Shown piece after piece: positions 8,308-18,150 of a DNA stretch of 64,000 nucleotides. Each line of letters opens with the position of its first letter. Positions within the stretch are counted from its first letter, which is position 1. The notes below the pieces were generated by a model. It made no database searches, was not told the origin of the DNA, and saw nothing but the letters and a program-made list of their open reading frames with translations. Location: positions 26,058 to 90,057 of the forward strand of contig JBDTOT010000002.1 in NCBI GenBank assembly GCA_039933105.1. Reading direction: 5' to 3'. A program made the translations under genes and the position numbers. Origin of the DNA: Gammaproteobacteria bacterium (lineage in GTDB: Bacteria > Pseudomonadota > Gammaproteobacteria > Steroidobacterales > Rariloculaceae).

Positions 8308-9786
8308 ATGTTCGCACGGTCCGCCTGCAAGTTCCTCGAGCACGTCTGTCTCTTTGCAGTAGCGGCCGCCGCCACCGCATGCGCGCCCAGTGAACTAGAG
8401 CCGGGCCGCGCCGCGGCCGCCCGCATTGGGCGTGGCGCGCCCTTGCCAACGCTCGAGGCTCCGCTCGTGGGCGCCGGCGGTTACTTCGGCGGGAGTGGGC
8501 GTTCGCCGGCAACGGCCGCCAAGGATTCGAATTCGTTGCAGCGTGTGTTCGCCTTCGGACAGGGCTACCTGCCACCTGCGCCGGTGCCGCCCGTGATCGG
8601 CGCTCCGCCCGGAAGTACGCCGCAGGGCGTCACGCCGCTCGATCGCGATCTGTTCACCACGCGTGACTTCTACGCGGATCGTGCGCTGTGGAGCGACCCG
8701 CGTTACTTCCGCTGCAACAGCCCGATCGCGCTCGAATCGATGTGGGGCGCACTCGAGGCGTTGGGCGGATTCGATGCGACGCCGGTGCTGGTTGGCAAAG
8801 ATCCGCCGCGCACGGCGGCCTGGGGATACTGCGACCGCGATTACCCGCGCGCGGCGATCGTGAGCCCGTACCCGTTCAAAACCGCTCGTGAGCACTACGA
8901 CGCGCTGCTCGCGGAAGCAAAAGCACACGGCGGGCCGACGCTGCACACGCGCGCGACGTTGCCCGCTTGGGACGGCCGTTACGGCTCGCCTACATATGTG
9001 CCGAAAGCCGGCGAGCCTCCGCAGTGGATCTGGATGCCGTTCAATCAAGTGCCCACGATTCTGTCGCTGCTGACGCCCGATTATCAGACACGCTTCGTGC
9101 AGCAGATGTATCACGCGGCCGTGAACAACGCGCCGCAGTGGCCGGCGACGTATTGCTGGCCGGAGGGCTTCATGCGGCGGTTCACGTCCCAGTACGGCTC
9201 GCGCGAGCTGTACATGACGCCCGACGTCGTGCTGTTCGTAGGCGGCAGCGCGGACAACGTCGTCACGCAGATCCAGATGAATCGCAGCTTCGACCTGTCG
9301 GGCGACGTGCCGCGCCTGGGTCAGGACGTGCGCCGCTGGTATGGCGAGACCATCGGCTTCTGGGACGGTGACGCGCTGGTCACGTGGACATCCAACGTGC
9401 AGGGCTGGATGACGCACGGGAGCTTCGAGCACTCGAACCAGATGCAGACGATCGAAATCTACACTCCACGCAAAGACGACGCGGGCAAGTTGATCGGCTT
9501 GCTGCAGGAGACCGTCTTCTACGACGCCGAGACGCTCGTGCAGCCGCTGCGGCTCTACACACACATGAACCGCGTCTACGGCTTGAACGAGGGCGATCCA
9601 CGAATCTTCGTCGAGTGCCTGCAGACGATCTATCCAATCAACGGGCGTATGACGCCGGTCGCGCCCGACAAGGAAATATCGATCGTGGCGCCGGATTGGT
9701 ACGGTCGGCCGTGGGCGCAACTGTGGGAACGGTACTTCGAGCAGGGCATGAGCCGCCCGGACGAGGGCGTCGTCGGCTTTAAATAG
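8308..9786 (+). CDS. lipoprotein of unknown function (large paralog family member 3)
   Basis: Lipobox-like AAATAC near the N-terminus, then CWPEGF and [18 protein letters not shown], the core shared with the family. Confidence 0.65.
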   Translation: MFARSACKFLEHVCLFAVAAAATACAPSELEPGRAAAARIGRGAPLPTLEAPLVGAGGYFGGSGRSPATAAKDSNSLQRVFAFGQGYLPPAPVPPVIGAPPGSTPQGVTPLDRDLFTTRDFYADRALWSDPRYFRCNSPIALESMWGALEALGGFDATPVLVGKDPPRTAAWGYCDRDYPRAAIVSPYPFKTAREHYDALLAEAKAHGGPTLHTRATLPAWDGRYGSPTYVPKAGEPPQWIWMPFNQVPTILSLLTPDYQTRFVQQMYHAAVNNAPQWPATYCWPEGFMRRFTSQYGSRELYMTPDVVLFVGGSADNVVTQIQMNRSFDLSGDVPRLGQDVRRWYGETIGFWDGDALVTWTSNVQGWMTHGSFEHSNQMQTIEIYTPRKDDAGKLIGLLQETVFYDAETLVQPLRLYTHMNRVYGLNEGDPRIFVECLQTIYPINGRMTPVAPDKEISIVAPDWYGRPWAQLWERYFEQGMSRPDEGVVGFK

Positions 9787-9809
9787 GTACGCAAGACGTG
9801 CCCTTATCT

Positions 9810-9841
9810 TCCCCGCACCCCGTCCTGACACGGAGTCAGCG
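9810..9841. repeat. 32-bp direct repeat, left copy (pairs with 39212-39243)
   Basis: tccccgcaccccgtcctgacacggagtcagcg versus tccccgcaccccttcctgacaaggagtcagcg. Identity is 30/32, same orientation. Confidence 0.85.
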
Positions 9842-9854
9842 GTCTGTTGCGCGA

Positions 9855-10215
9855 TCACGCCAGCGCGGCGATGTTATCGGCTGCGATTTGGCCGTCCACC
9901 AATTCCACCGTGTGATCGCAACGCCTGGCAAGGTACAAGTTGTGCGTGACGAGCAAGAAGGTAGTGTTACTTGCCGCGCTGATGGTGCGCATCAGCTCGA
10001 AGACATTGTTGGCGGACTGCGTATCGAGATTGCCCGTGGGCTCGTCGGCGAGAATCAGCGGTGGATTCAGCGCCACGCCCGGGCGATCGCAACTCGTTGC
10101 TGTTGACCGCCGGATAGATTCCCCACCAGGCTGTTCTGCCACTGAGCCAGCCCTACTTTTTCGAGGAGGCCGGTAGCGACAGTGTGTCGGCGGCGAATAG
10201 CGCAGAAACGCAGCG
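9855..10215 (-). pseudogene. remnant of a LolD/MacB-like ABC transporter ATPase (N-terminus missing, frameshifted)
   Basis: One frame reads [32 protein letters not shown] second frame reads [17 protein letters not shown]...FLLVTHNLYLARRCDHTVELVDG. No Walker A region is present upstream. Confidence 0.75.
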
Positions 10216-10306
10216 TGCGCTGCGATGGCCAGGCGGGCGACAAGGAGCCCGCACGGCTCGTGTCGTCAGGTGCATCCGCGGGGACTGACGTGGGAAAAGC
10301 TTGGAT

Positions 10307-10867
10307 CTACGAGAGCAGTCGACCGTACTCGTTTCTAATGGAGTGGTAGCACTCACAAACCTTCCGTTCGAGCCCCAGCCGGTCCACTACGACAATCAAG
10401 CTGCGTCGAGATCGAATGATCCCTGCGCTTCGCAGCTCGTTCATCGTCTCGGTTATGCCTTCGCGGCGCACGCCGAGCAGATACGTTATCTGTTCATGTG
10501 TAATGGACAACTCGCAGTCAGGCGACCGATCCAGTCTTAGCAGAAGCCACCGGCACAGTTGCTCCGACACTCTGTGATGCCGGTTGCAAGCCCCCGTTTG
10601 GGCGATCTGTGTGATCAGCGCCCGCGTGTAGCGCAGCAGTTGCTGCCGCAGCTCGGCGCTCGCGGAGAACTCCTTCCGCAAGATCTCGGCTCGCAACCGG
10701 TAAGCCTCGCCGCTGCGTTGCACGACGGCGTAGCGCTGTGGTCCTGGCGCCGTTGTGCCTTCAAGGAATATCGAGACGCCGAACAGACCTTCGTTGCCCG
10801 TGACAGCGACTTCCCCCGTAGGGTGGTCTCCTCCGAAGAACACGCAACTACGACGGGGCAATCTCAA
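10307..10867 (-). CDS. Crp/Fnr family transcriptional regulator, probably N-terminally truncated
   Basis: C-terminal HTH ITHEQITYLLGVRREGITETMNELRSAGII. Only the distal half of a cNMP-binding-like domain is present (EVAVTGNEGLFGVSIFLEG). About 50-60 aa seem to be missing compared with the usual length. Confidence 0.6.
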   Translation of the reverse strand: MRLPRRSCVFFGGDHPTGEVAVTGNEGLFGVSIFLEGTTAPGPQRYAVVQRSGEAYRLRAEILRKEFSASAELRQQLLRYTRALITQIAQTGACNRHHRVSEQLCRWLLLRLDRSPDCELSITHEQITYLLGVRREGITETMNELRSAGIIRSRRSLIVVVDRLGLERKVCECYHSIRNEYGRLLS

Positions 10868-11206
10868 GGAGCGGGAAGAGGCAGGCGGCCAATCTAGCTG
10901 AGCTGCTAGCGGGTGGAGAAGTCGGGAAATCTACGTATGCCTCCCCCGCGCGCGGCGCGTGCACGATGCTCTACCGGGGCCCACTAAAGCCGCTCTTTGT
11001 GCACTGCAACTGTGCCGTCGGCGGCGGCCGAGGTGGGTCCGGTGGGCCCTCTAGGTGTGGGAATGCGAATGCTACGGCCTTGCTCGAAAGAGTATGCTCG
11101 GCTGCTATCGCAGGGCGCACCGCGTGCTCCGGAATGATCCGTCGGCGGCATAAACACGGGAAGCCTATGGCACATGTGAGTGCTGCTTTTGACCACTGGA
11201 GACTGC

Positions 11207-11812
11207 ATGTCGATCCCCCCCACTGAACGGAACGTGCATCTGAAATTGCGCACCCACGCTGAGGCGCACCTCAAAGCGGGCTCCGCTCCGCCGACGAAGG
11301 GCTGGCCGACGGGTACGAACGCACTGAACCTTCTTTACACGTTGGCGAGCTCGGCGGAGAGCGCGGACGCCGCGCTGAAGCTGCTTCATGAACTGCAGGT
11401 GCACCAGGTCGAGCTGGATCTGCAGCACGAGCAGCTGGAGAACACGCGGCGGGAGCTACTGGAAGACTTGGCTCGCTATAAGGGGCTCTACGAGTCCGCG
11501 CCGGTGGGGTATTTCAACGTCAGCTTCGAGGGTTGCATCCTCGAAGGGAATGTAGCCGGCGCCGAATTGTTTGGAAGTGGGCTGGACAAACTGCGAGGCC
11601 TGCGTATAGAGAGCTTGCTCGCGCCTGCCAGCCGACCCGTGCTGGTCGAACTGCTGCGCCGGCTGCAGGCGGGCGACTCGAAAAACTCTCGTGAAGTGCA
11701 GTCCGGGAGGGCAAACGGCTCTCGACCGTTGCGGGTCGTGGCAAGTATCGCCCCGGGCGGCGCATCGTTCCTGATGGTTTTCCTCAACACGGCCGATCCA
11801 AACGTGAGTTGA
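11207..11812 (+). CDS. PAS domain protein with N-terminal coiled-coil
   Basis: LLHELQVHQVELDLQHEQLENTRRELLEDLARYKGLYESAPVGYFNV is a typical coiled-coil/PAS junction. GGAG lies upstream of ATG 11207. Confidence 0.65.
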   Translation: MSIPPTERNVHLKLRTHAEAHLKAGSAPPTKGWPTGTNALNLLYTLASSAESADAALKLLHELQVHQVELDLQHEQLENTRRELLEDLARYKGLYESAPVGYFNVSFEGCILEGNVAGAELFGSGLDKLRGLRIESLLAPASRPVLVELLRRLQAGDSKNSREVQSGRANGSRPLRVVASIAPGGASFLMVFLNTADPNVS

Positions 11813-11915
11813 CCGCGCACCGGAGTTCTCGTCGGACCGTTTACATAGAATTGACCTCGGCGGCGTGGAGTTTGGCTCCGGCTGGGAGCATGTTTCTTTT
11901 GCGTAGTTCTGCTTG

Positions 11916-14465
11916 ATGCCCCACCACAACCCAGTGCTCGAGACGCGGATCGTCGGTATCGGCGCGTCGGCGGGAGGCTTGGCGGCGCTCGCGCAACTCC
12001 TCGAGAAGATTCCGCCGAAGAGCGGGCTCGCCTATGTCGTGGTGCAGCATCTGGATCCCACGCAAAAAACTATGTTGGCGGAGCTGCTGCAACGCGCTAC
12101 CACCATGCCAGTGCGAGAGGCGGAAGGAAACGCGCGCGTCGAGCCGAACTGCGTGTATGTGATCCCGCCCAACACCGAACTCACCGTGGTCAACGGTGTG
12201 TTGAAATTGCGCGTGCCCGCCGAACCGCGCGGCTTTCGGTTGCCGATCAACGTCCTGTTCTCTTCCTTGGCCAGCACGCAGAGCGAACGCGCCATCGCCG
12301 TAGTACTTTCCGGCATGGGAACGGACGGGACGCTCGGCCTGCAGGCCGTCAAAGCGATGGGTGGGCTCACGGTGGTGCAAGAGCCCGAGACTGCGCAATT
12401 CGACGCGATGCCGAGAAGTGCCATCGACGCGGGATGTGCCGACATCGTCGCGTCGCCCGACGAGATACCGGCTCGAATCTTTGCCTACCTGGGTCTCGTG
12501 TCAGATCCGGGCCTCGCTGCCGAGGACGAAACGGAACCCACGCTCGCGTCCGACCCCCTGCGCGGCATCTATGAGCTGTTGAAGCAGCGAACCCGCCACG
12601 ACTTTTCGCTCTACAAGCCCAGCACGGTGCATCGACGGGTCGACCGACGCATGGCCATCCACGACATCGCCACACCGGCGCTCTATGCCGAATTCCTGCG
12701 GCACAACCCTCAGGAGATTGATCTTCTGTTCAAAGAGCTGCTGATCGGGGTGACCAGCTTCTTTCGGGATCGGGCCGTGTGGGAACATCTGGGGGAAGTC
12801 GTGTTGCCGCAACTGCTTGCGCGGCGAGCGGCAGAGCCGAAGCTGCGCGCCTGGGTGATCGGCTGCTCGACGGGCGAAGAGGCTTATTCGCTGGCAATGG
12901 TGTTCAGCGAAGTCGTGGAACGCCTGCCCCAGGGCAATGCGTTCACGCTACAGATTTTCGCGTCCGATCTGAGCCCGGACGCGATCGCCGCCGCACGGCG
13001 CGGCCGATACCCGGCCTCGATCAGCTCCGACGTGTCGGCCGCGAGGTTGGCGCGCTTCTTCAGCGCTCACGAAAGCCATTACCAGATCAACGAAAGCATT
13101 CGCGACATGGTGCTGTTCGCGCACCACAACGTCGTGCTCGACCCGCCGTTCACCAGACTCGACTTGATCGCCTGCCGCAACTTGCTGATCTATTTTGACG
13201 GTACGCTACAGCGCAGGCTGGTGCCGCTGTTTCACTACAGCCTGCGTGCGGGCGGCGTGCTGCTGCTCGGCAGCTCCGAAACCGCGGGTAAGTTCGGTCA
13301 TCTGTTCGCTCCCACGGAATTGAAGCTGCGGCTTTATTTACGCCAGGATGTCAGTTCCCACGGCAGTGCCGACTTTCTGATGAAGTCGTTTCCTCCCCTG
13401 ACCGCGACACCCAAGGAGTCTCACGTGGCGCATCCCAACACTCCGACGCCGACAACCGACAGCCTGCAAACGGCCGCCGACCAGTTGTTGCTGCAGGTGT
13501 ATGCGCCTGCCGCCGTCGTGCTCAACCCCGGCGGCGATATCGTTTACATCAGTGGACACACCGGCAAATACCTGGAACCGGCGGCCGGCAAGGCCAACTG
13601 GAATTTCCACGCCATGGCGCGCGAGGGCTTGCGCGGACCCCTCGCGGACGCTCTCAAGCGGGCCGCTTCACAACGCGAGCCGGTGCAGCTGAAGGGCTTG
13701 CACGTACAGATACCGGGTGGCGTGCAGATTGTCGACGTCGCTGTGCAAGCCATTCGCGAGCCCGCTGCGCTGCAAGGCATGACGATGATCGTTTTCCACG
13801 ACATCGCGCCAGCTCCGGCCGGCCGCCGTCGCCGCAAAGGACAAACCGAAACGGACGCGGCTCACACCGCCGAGTTGCAGAGACTCGGGGACGAGATCGA
13901 CGCGTCGCGCGAAGAATCGCGCGCGACCAAGGAAGAGCTGCAGTCCGCCAACGAGGAGTTGCAGTCGACCAACGAGGAACTGCAGTCCACCAACGAGGAG
14001 TTGACGACCTCGAAGGAAGAGATGCAGTCGATGAATGAGGAACTACAAACGATCAACAATGAGATGCTGTCGAAACTCGACGATCTTGCGCTTGCGCAAA
14101 GCGACCTGAAGAACCTGCTCAACAGCACGGAGATCGCCATTCTGTTCCTGGATGAGCGACTGAACGTAAGGCGCTTCACGGATCGGGCCGCGAAAGTTTT
14201 CAATATTCGGGAGAACGACATCGGTCGGCCGCTCAGCGACCTGACGACGAGCCTTCAGTATCCGGCGCTGCACGAAGACGCGCTCGAGACTCTGCGCACT
14301 CTGGCATTCTCGGAGAAGCGGCTTCCCACCAACGATGGCCGGTGGCTCACGGTACGCATCATGCCTTACCGCAGGCTGGACAACGTGATCGACGGCGTCG
14401 TGATCACGTTCGTGGACATCACAGCAAAGGAGCTGAAGTCGACGCCGCCGAATCCGATCCCGTGA
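11916..14465 (+). CDS. CheB methylesterase / CheR methyltransferase fusion protein with coiled-coil and C-terminal PAS domain
   Basis: The N-terminal region VGIGASAGGLAAL...VVQHLDP is CheB-like. The central SAM-methyltransferase region VWVIGCSTGEEAYSLAM...ACRNLLIYF is CheR-like. A heptad NEELQS repeat follows, then a PAS-like C-terminus. Confidence 0.85.
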   Translation: MPHHNPVLETRIVGIGASAGGLAALAQLLEKIPPKSGLAYVVVQHLDPTQKTMLAELLQRATTMPVREAEGNARVEPNCVYVIPPNTELTVVNGVLKLRVPAEPRGFRLPINVLFSSLASTQSERAIAVVLSGMGTDGTLGLQAVKAMGGLTVVQEPETAQFDAMPRSAIDAGCADIVASPDEIPARIFAYLGLVSDPGLAAEDETEPTLASDPLRGIYELLKQRTRHDFSLYKPSTVHRRVDRRMAIHDIATPALYAEFLRHNPQEIDLLFKELLIGVTSFFRDRAVWEHLGEVVLPQLLARRAAEPKLRAWVIGCSTGEEAYSLAMVFSEVVERLPQGNAFTLQIFASDLSPDAIAAARRGRYPASISSDVSAARLARFFSAHESHYQINESIRDMVLFAHHNVVLDPPFTRLDLIACRNLLIYFDGTLQRRLVPLFHYSLRAGGVLLLGSSETAGKFGHLFAPTELKLRLYLRQDVSSHGSADFLMKSFPPLTATPKESHVAHPNTPTPTTDSLQTAADQLLLQVYAPAAVVLNPGGDIVYISGHTGKYLEPAAGKANWNFHAMAREGLRGPLADALKRAASQREPVQLKGLHVQIPGGVQIVDVAVQAIREPAALQGMTMIVFHDIAPAPAGRRRRKGQTETDAAHTAELQRLGDEIDASREESRATKEELQSANEELQSTNEELQSTNEELTTSKEEMQSMNEELQTINNEMLSKLDDLALAQSDLKNLLNSTEIAILFLDERLNVRRFTDRAAKVFNIRENDIGRPLSDLTTSLQYPALHEDALETLRTLAFSEKRLPTNDGRWLTVRIMPYRRLDNVIDGVVITFVDITAKELKSTPPNPIP
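13931..14060 (+). repeat. 21-nt periodic coding repeat (heptad NEELQS/T coiled-coil) inside the CheB-CheR gene
   Basis: Translated sequence is EELQSANEELQSTNEELQSTNEELTTSKEEMQSMNEELQTINNEM. Confidence 0.8.
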
Positions 14466-14532
14466 AGAAGGCGCCCACGCGCACTCCCTGCTGACCGGCC
14501 AGTTGTACCCGAGCGCATACGCTGCGTACACC

Positions 14533-15126
14533 TTAGGTTTCGGCGTGCGCGCCGAGGAGTTCGGCTAGCCTGCTCAAAGTCGCGGCGAGTATCGTGCCGG
14601 TCGAGCCGCCGAGGCCCAGCTTGCCGGTCTGGAGGGCGGCGTAAGCTGTAACCGCCACACTGACCAAGCGTCGCTGCTCATTCATGACGGCAACGTCGCC
14701 CCCATGCAGTTCGTTTCCTTCCGCAAACGCCGTGACGGCGTCCGCAATGGCGTTGTCGAGGCAACGATTGAGAATGCGGAATTCATCCACGGTAACGGAG
14801 ACGCGCTGTTCGCTGGCCAACTGCGTCACGGCCTGACAGACGTCACCGTAGTCGTGAACCACCTGGTCGATGGTGTAGCCGTTGCGAAGTAGCGTGGCGC
14901 CGTGCAGGGCGGCACCGCGACCGATCGTCGTAGGCGCTGGCGTGGGCGCCGGATCCAGCACATCCGGCGCTGATTGTTCTTTGCCAAGCGTATCGACGAG
15001 TTGCTGGAGGAATAGCGGCACGCCGTTGGCGTCAGACGCGCCGACAGGCGAGGACCTCCTCTGTACCTTGTGCCTGCACCGGGCGATCAATTCGCGTCGG
15101 TTCGAGCTGATGAACTCGTCAAGCAT
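14533..15126 (-). CDS. sensor-domain protein resembling the N-terminal part of a histidine kinase, with no kinase core
   Basis: 197 aa. The N-terminus MLDEFISSNRRELIARCRHKV is RsbRD-N-like. The C-terminus ALQTGKLGLGGSTGTILAATLSRLAELL resembles a DHp helix, but no phospho-acceptor His box or HATPase domain follows. Confidence 0.4.
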   Translation of the reverse strand: MLDEFISSNRRELIARCRHKVQRRSSPVGASDANGVPLFLQQLVDTLGKEQSAPDVLDPAPTPAPTTIGRGAALHGATLLRNGYTIDQVVHDYGDVCQAVTQLASEQRVSVTVDEFRILNRCLDNAIADAVTAFAEGNELHGGDVAVMNEQRRLVSVAVTAYAALQTGKLGLGGSTGTILAATLSRLAELLGAHAET

Positions 15127-15290
15127 TCAGCACAATAAGTCGAGGTTGCTTAAAGCGTCTGTGCGCTGCCGTGCACAGCGGGCGTCGCGTTCCGCGCTTG
15201 ACGCAACATACGTGTGGTCGCGAACAGAGCGAGGCGCGCGCATCGGCTAATTTGGATGGGCGGGCACTCGCATAGGCGACGGCCGCATGA

Positions 15291-15443
15291 ACGAACAGCT
15301 GTCTGTCCGTCGGCATTGATCAAGGAACGGTGACGCTTTCCGGAAGTGTGTCCACGTGGAAGGAACGCGATGAGGCCGTTTCAGCTGCGTGGGCGGCGCC
15401 CGGAGTCACATGGGTCAAGGACAATCTCGCTATCACGCCCTGA
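15291..15443 (+). pseudogene. C-terminal remnant of a BON-domain protein
   Basis: Translation is ...GIDQGTVTLSGSVSTWKERDEAVSAAWAAPGVTWVKDNLAITP*. There is no start codon, and an in-frame stop sits immediately upstream at 15288-15290. Confidence 0.6.
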
Positions 15444-15490
15444 AATCGTCCAGGTGAGCGTCGCGCCGCCGAGGCATCGCGCGGCGCGTG

Positions 15491-15757
15491 TTGACGTCCA
15501 GCGGACATTTCAACGCCACGGGCTGCTCGGCCAACGTGAATTTTACGAGCCCCTCAGAATCACCGCGCGACCGGAAGACGCGGAGCGCAAGCGCTTCCTG
15601 CTCGAGCTGATTCCGAACGAAGCGCAGCCAACCACGACGATGAAGTGTCCGGACGTCGATCTCGTGCTGCCCGCCGGTGAACACCGTGACGGTGGAGCAA
15701 GGGCTGACGAGCGCGGTCACCGGCACGCTAACGATCGCGGTGCCGCCGCCCCAATAA
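15491..15757 (+). pseudogene. 3' remnant of a paralog of the 31406-32797 gene, with a 68-nt deletion and frameshift
   Basis: Nucleotide-level match to the reverse complement of 31406-31740. It encodes ...RITARPEDAERKRFLLELIPNEAQPTTTMKCPDVDL, then shifts frame to VNTVTVEQGLTSAVTGTLTIAVPPPQ*. Confidence 0.85.
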
Positions 15758-15791
15758 CGCCGCTACCGACGCTGCCGCTGCGTTCAGCGAT

Positions 15792-16420
15792 CTACTGACG
15801 CGGGTCGCCGTTTCGGTTCACGTAGATGGTCCGGCCCGGAGGCGCCGTCATCTTCACGTAGTGCCCGACCTTCGCAACGACGCACGTCGCGGTCACACCG
15901 GTCCTCGTCGTCTCGATCGCGGCCGACATTGCCGCCGATGACGCCACCGGCGACCGCGCCGCCGACGGTCGCCACGTCTCGAGTGCGAGGTCACGCGCGC
16001 TTCGAACACGGGTTCGTTCGCGCGCCGCCGATACTCATAGTTGGGGGTCGCAAGCGGAGCTGGCGCTTCGGCGTAATCGCCCTTGCGTCGATTGGCCTGG
16101 CGCACGGAGCTGACGCGATTATCGAGACCCAACCGTTTCAGAGAGTCGTAAGCGCCACGGCGCAGGAGCACGCAACGGCCCGCATACTCCGAGTCGTCGC
16201 ACACGACCCAGTCGCCGTTGTCGACGACGACCGATGACGCGCGGTCGTTGAACCCGGCGTTCTTGAAGTTCGTGACGGGGCGCTTGGCCGTGAAGGCGCG
16301 CCCGCGGAAACCTTCGCCTTCGTAGAAGGTGATTTGCGCTGCCTGCACCGCCTGCGCCGCAAGAACCAACGCGCCGATGCAGAACGCGGATTTCAGGTAT
16401 CGCTTCATCAAGGACTGCAC
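15792..16420 (-). pseudogene. beta/gamma-crystallin domain + glycine-zipper protein, disrupted across three reading frames
   Basis: Frame A has a signal peptide plus ITFYEGEGFRGRAF...DNGDWVVCDD. Frame B has ATVGGAVAGGVIGGNVG. Frame C has GHYVKMTAPPGRTIYVNRNGDPRQ*. Confidence 0.7.
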
Positions 16421-16577
16421 TTTCTCTGTTCGCTAGCGCACACAACGAGCTCCTAGGCATCCGTATTGCCCACACTACGCGCATGCGCTCGTACGCGAGA
16501 GAATCCTGCCGTTCGCGCGCTTGTGCACTTGGGTAACGACGCGAACCCGCCGCAGATCGCGGCCTAAGGAGAGGCAG

Positions 16578-16724
16578 ATGCTCGAGACTATTGCAATCGT
16601 TTTGGTGATCCTCTGGCTACTCGGTTTGGCAACTTCGTACACCATGGGGGGCGTGATTCACATCCTCCTGGTGCTCGCCATCGTGGTAATTCTGATCCGC
16701 GTCATTCAAGGTCGGCGCGTGTAA
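16578..16724 (+). CDS. lmo0937-family small membrane protein
   Basis: 48 aa, MLETIAIVLVILWLLGLATSYTMGGVIHILLVLAIVVILIRVIQGRRV. AAGGAGAGG lies upstream of the ATG. Confidence 0.7.
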   Translation: MLETIAIVLVILWLLGLATSYTMGGVIHILLVLAIVVILIRVIQGRRV

Positions 16725-16775
16725 TCAGGCCGACAGCTTCGATTTTCTTTCGCTACTTTTTTGGGAGAATACGAC

Positions 16776-16997
16776 ATGAACACAGGCAAGATTCTGGGAC
16801 TCGCGCTGATCGTGGCTGGAGTCCTGGGTTTGGTGTACGGCAGTTTCACCTACACCAAGGACACCCATCGGGCGAACGTAGGGCCGATCACTCTGTCGGT
16901 AAAAGACAAGGAGACGGTCAACGTCCCCATCTGGGCCGGCGTGGTGGCCGTCGTGGCCGGCGGCGCGCTTCTGCTCTACGCGGGCAAGAAGAGTTAG
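16776..16997 (+). CDS. small two-TM membrane protein
   Basis: 73 aa, MNTGKILGLALIVAGVLGLVYGSF...WAGVVAVVAGGALLLYAGKKS. Confidence 0.5.
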   Translation: MNTGKILGLALIVAGVLGLVYGSFTYTKDTHRANVGPITLSVKDKETVNVPIWAGVVAVVAGGALLLYAGKKS

Positions 16998-17161
16998 CCG
17001 GCGTTGTCTACCGGCGATCCGGCTTTCGCCGAGGGAGTCGCCATGGCTGCACGGGAGATATCACGGGCAGCCGTGGCTTATTTGACGCTCGGGAGCATGC
17101 TCAACAACGCCGCGAAGCCAACGGACAGCGTGAACGTTGTAAGCACCGCACATACGAACGA

Positions 17162-17928
17162 TCATTTCGTGCGGTCCCCATCGGCCGGGGGCACGCTTAG
17201 GATCTTCCTCCCCGTCACCATAGCCGTGATCAGGGTGCCGCCTTCGCGCAACTCTGTAACCACCACGGCGACGATATGGAGCAGTGCGAGAGCTAGGAGC
17301 ACGTAGAAACCGTAGTAGTGCACGGTAGTGAAAGGCGCGCGGAACAAGCGCATCGCCGCATAAGCATCCGGGTCATACATCGCGGGCGCGTACGGCATCA
17401 AGGTGACGGGATCAACAGCCGGCGCAGCCACCCAAGTGGCGATACGCGAACCGAACGGCGGGAAGAACAGATCAGTGCCGGCCAGCGTCAGTCCGGTGCC
17501 CGCCTGTACCAGCAACAGCACCAACAAGACCGTTACGGCCACGCGGCCGAGAGGATTGTGCCCAAGATATTGCCTCGGTCGCCCACTACGGACATCTGCA
17601 AGGTACTCACGGTCTCGCCCAAGAAGGCGCGGCCACCCGGGAGGATGGCTCGCCAGCGTGCGTGCACGCTGCCGACGAACGCCCACACGAGCCGCCACAG
17701 AAGATTGAGAGCGAACACGTACCCAATCCAGACGTGCACCGTTTTCAGCGATATTTTCCCGTCGTTGCTGACGCCCAATGCTCCGTCGCTGAGGATGGCA
17801 ACACCGACAGCACCCAAGCCGAGTACGCACACAAAATTGATCCAGTGAAACGCGCGGACGTGCGCGTCCCATACGGAATATTGCTTGAGCTCGATCATGG
17901 AGTTCGGTCGAGCTTCGTTATTCGGCAT
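17162..17928 (-). pseudogene. cytochrome b561 / Ni-Fe hydrogenase b-type cytochrome family gene with a frameshift
   Basis: The N-terminal ORF ...FHWINFVCVLGL...ARWRAILPGGRAFLGE continues in another frame as REYLADVRSGRPRQYLGHNPLGRVAV...VHYYGFYVLLALALLHIV. The shift is near 17605-17620. Confidence 0.75.
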
Positions 17929-17965
17929 CGTGGGCGATTACACCGAAGGCAGGTCGCCACTCGCC

Positions 17966-18145
17966 CTACTTCCCTACGACTTTCTCGACTTCCCCGATCT
18001 TCTGTTGAACCTTTCCAGTGTTCTTCTCGACTTTGCCTTCGGCTTCCAGTTCCGGATTATCGACTACTTTTCCTGCGATCTCCTTCACTTTGCCCTTGGC
18101 TTCGTGAAGCTTGCCTGCGGCCTGGTCTTTGGTGCTGCGTTTCAT
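17966..18145 (-). CDS. CsbD family stress protein
   Basis: MKRSTKDQAAGKLHEAKGKVKEIAGKVVDNPELEAEGKVEKNTGKVQQKIGEVEKVVGK. Confidence 0.8.
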   Translation of the reverse strand: MKRSTKDQAAGKLHEAKGKVKEIAGKVVDNPELEAEGKVEKNTGKVQQKIGEVEKVVGK

Positions 18146-18150
18146 GGTAA

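Noticed and set aside
13931-14060. Tandem 21-nt repeats that could be mistaken for a repeat array.
   Set aside because: They are in frame and encode the heptad NEELQS coiled-coil that is characteristic of CheB-CheR fusion proteins.
17605-17620. Programmed ribosomal frameshifting as an explanation for the split cytochrome b561, EthD and crystallin genes.
   Set aside because: No slippery heptamer or downstream structure is evident at the shift sites. The co-occurrence with large deletions in neighbouring remnants favours decay or, less likely, sequencing error.
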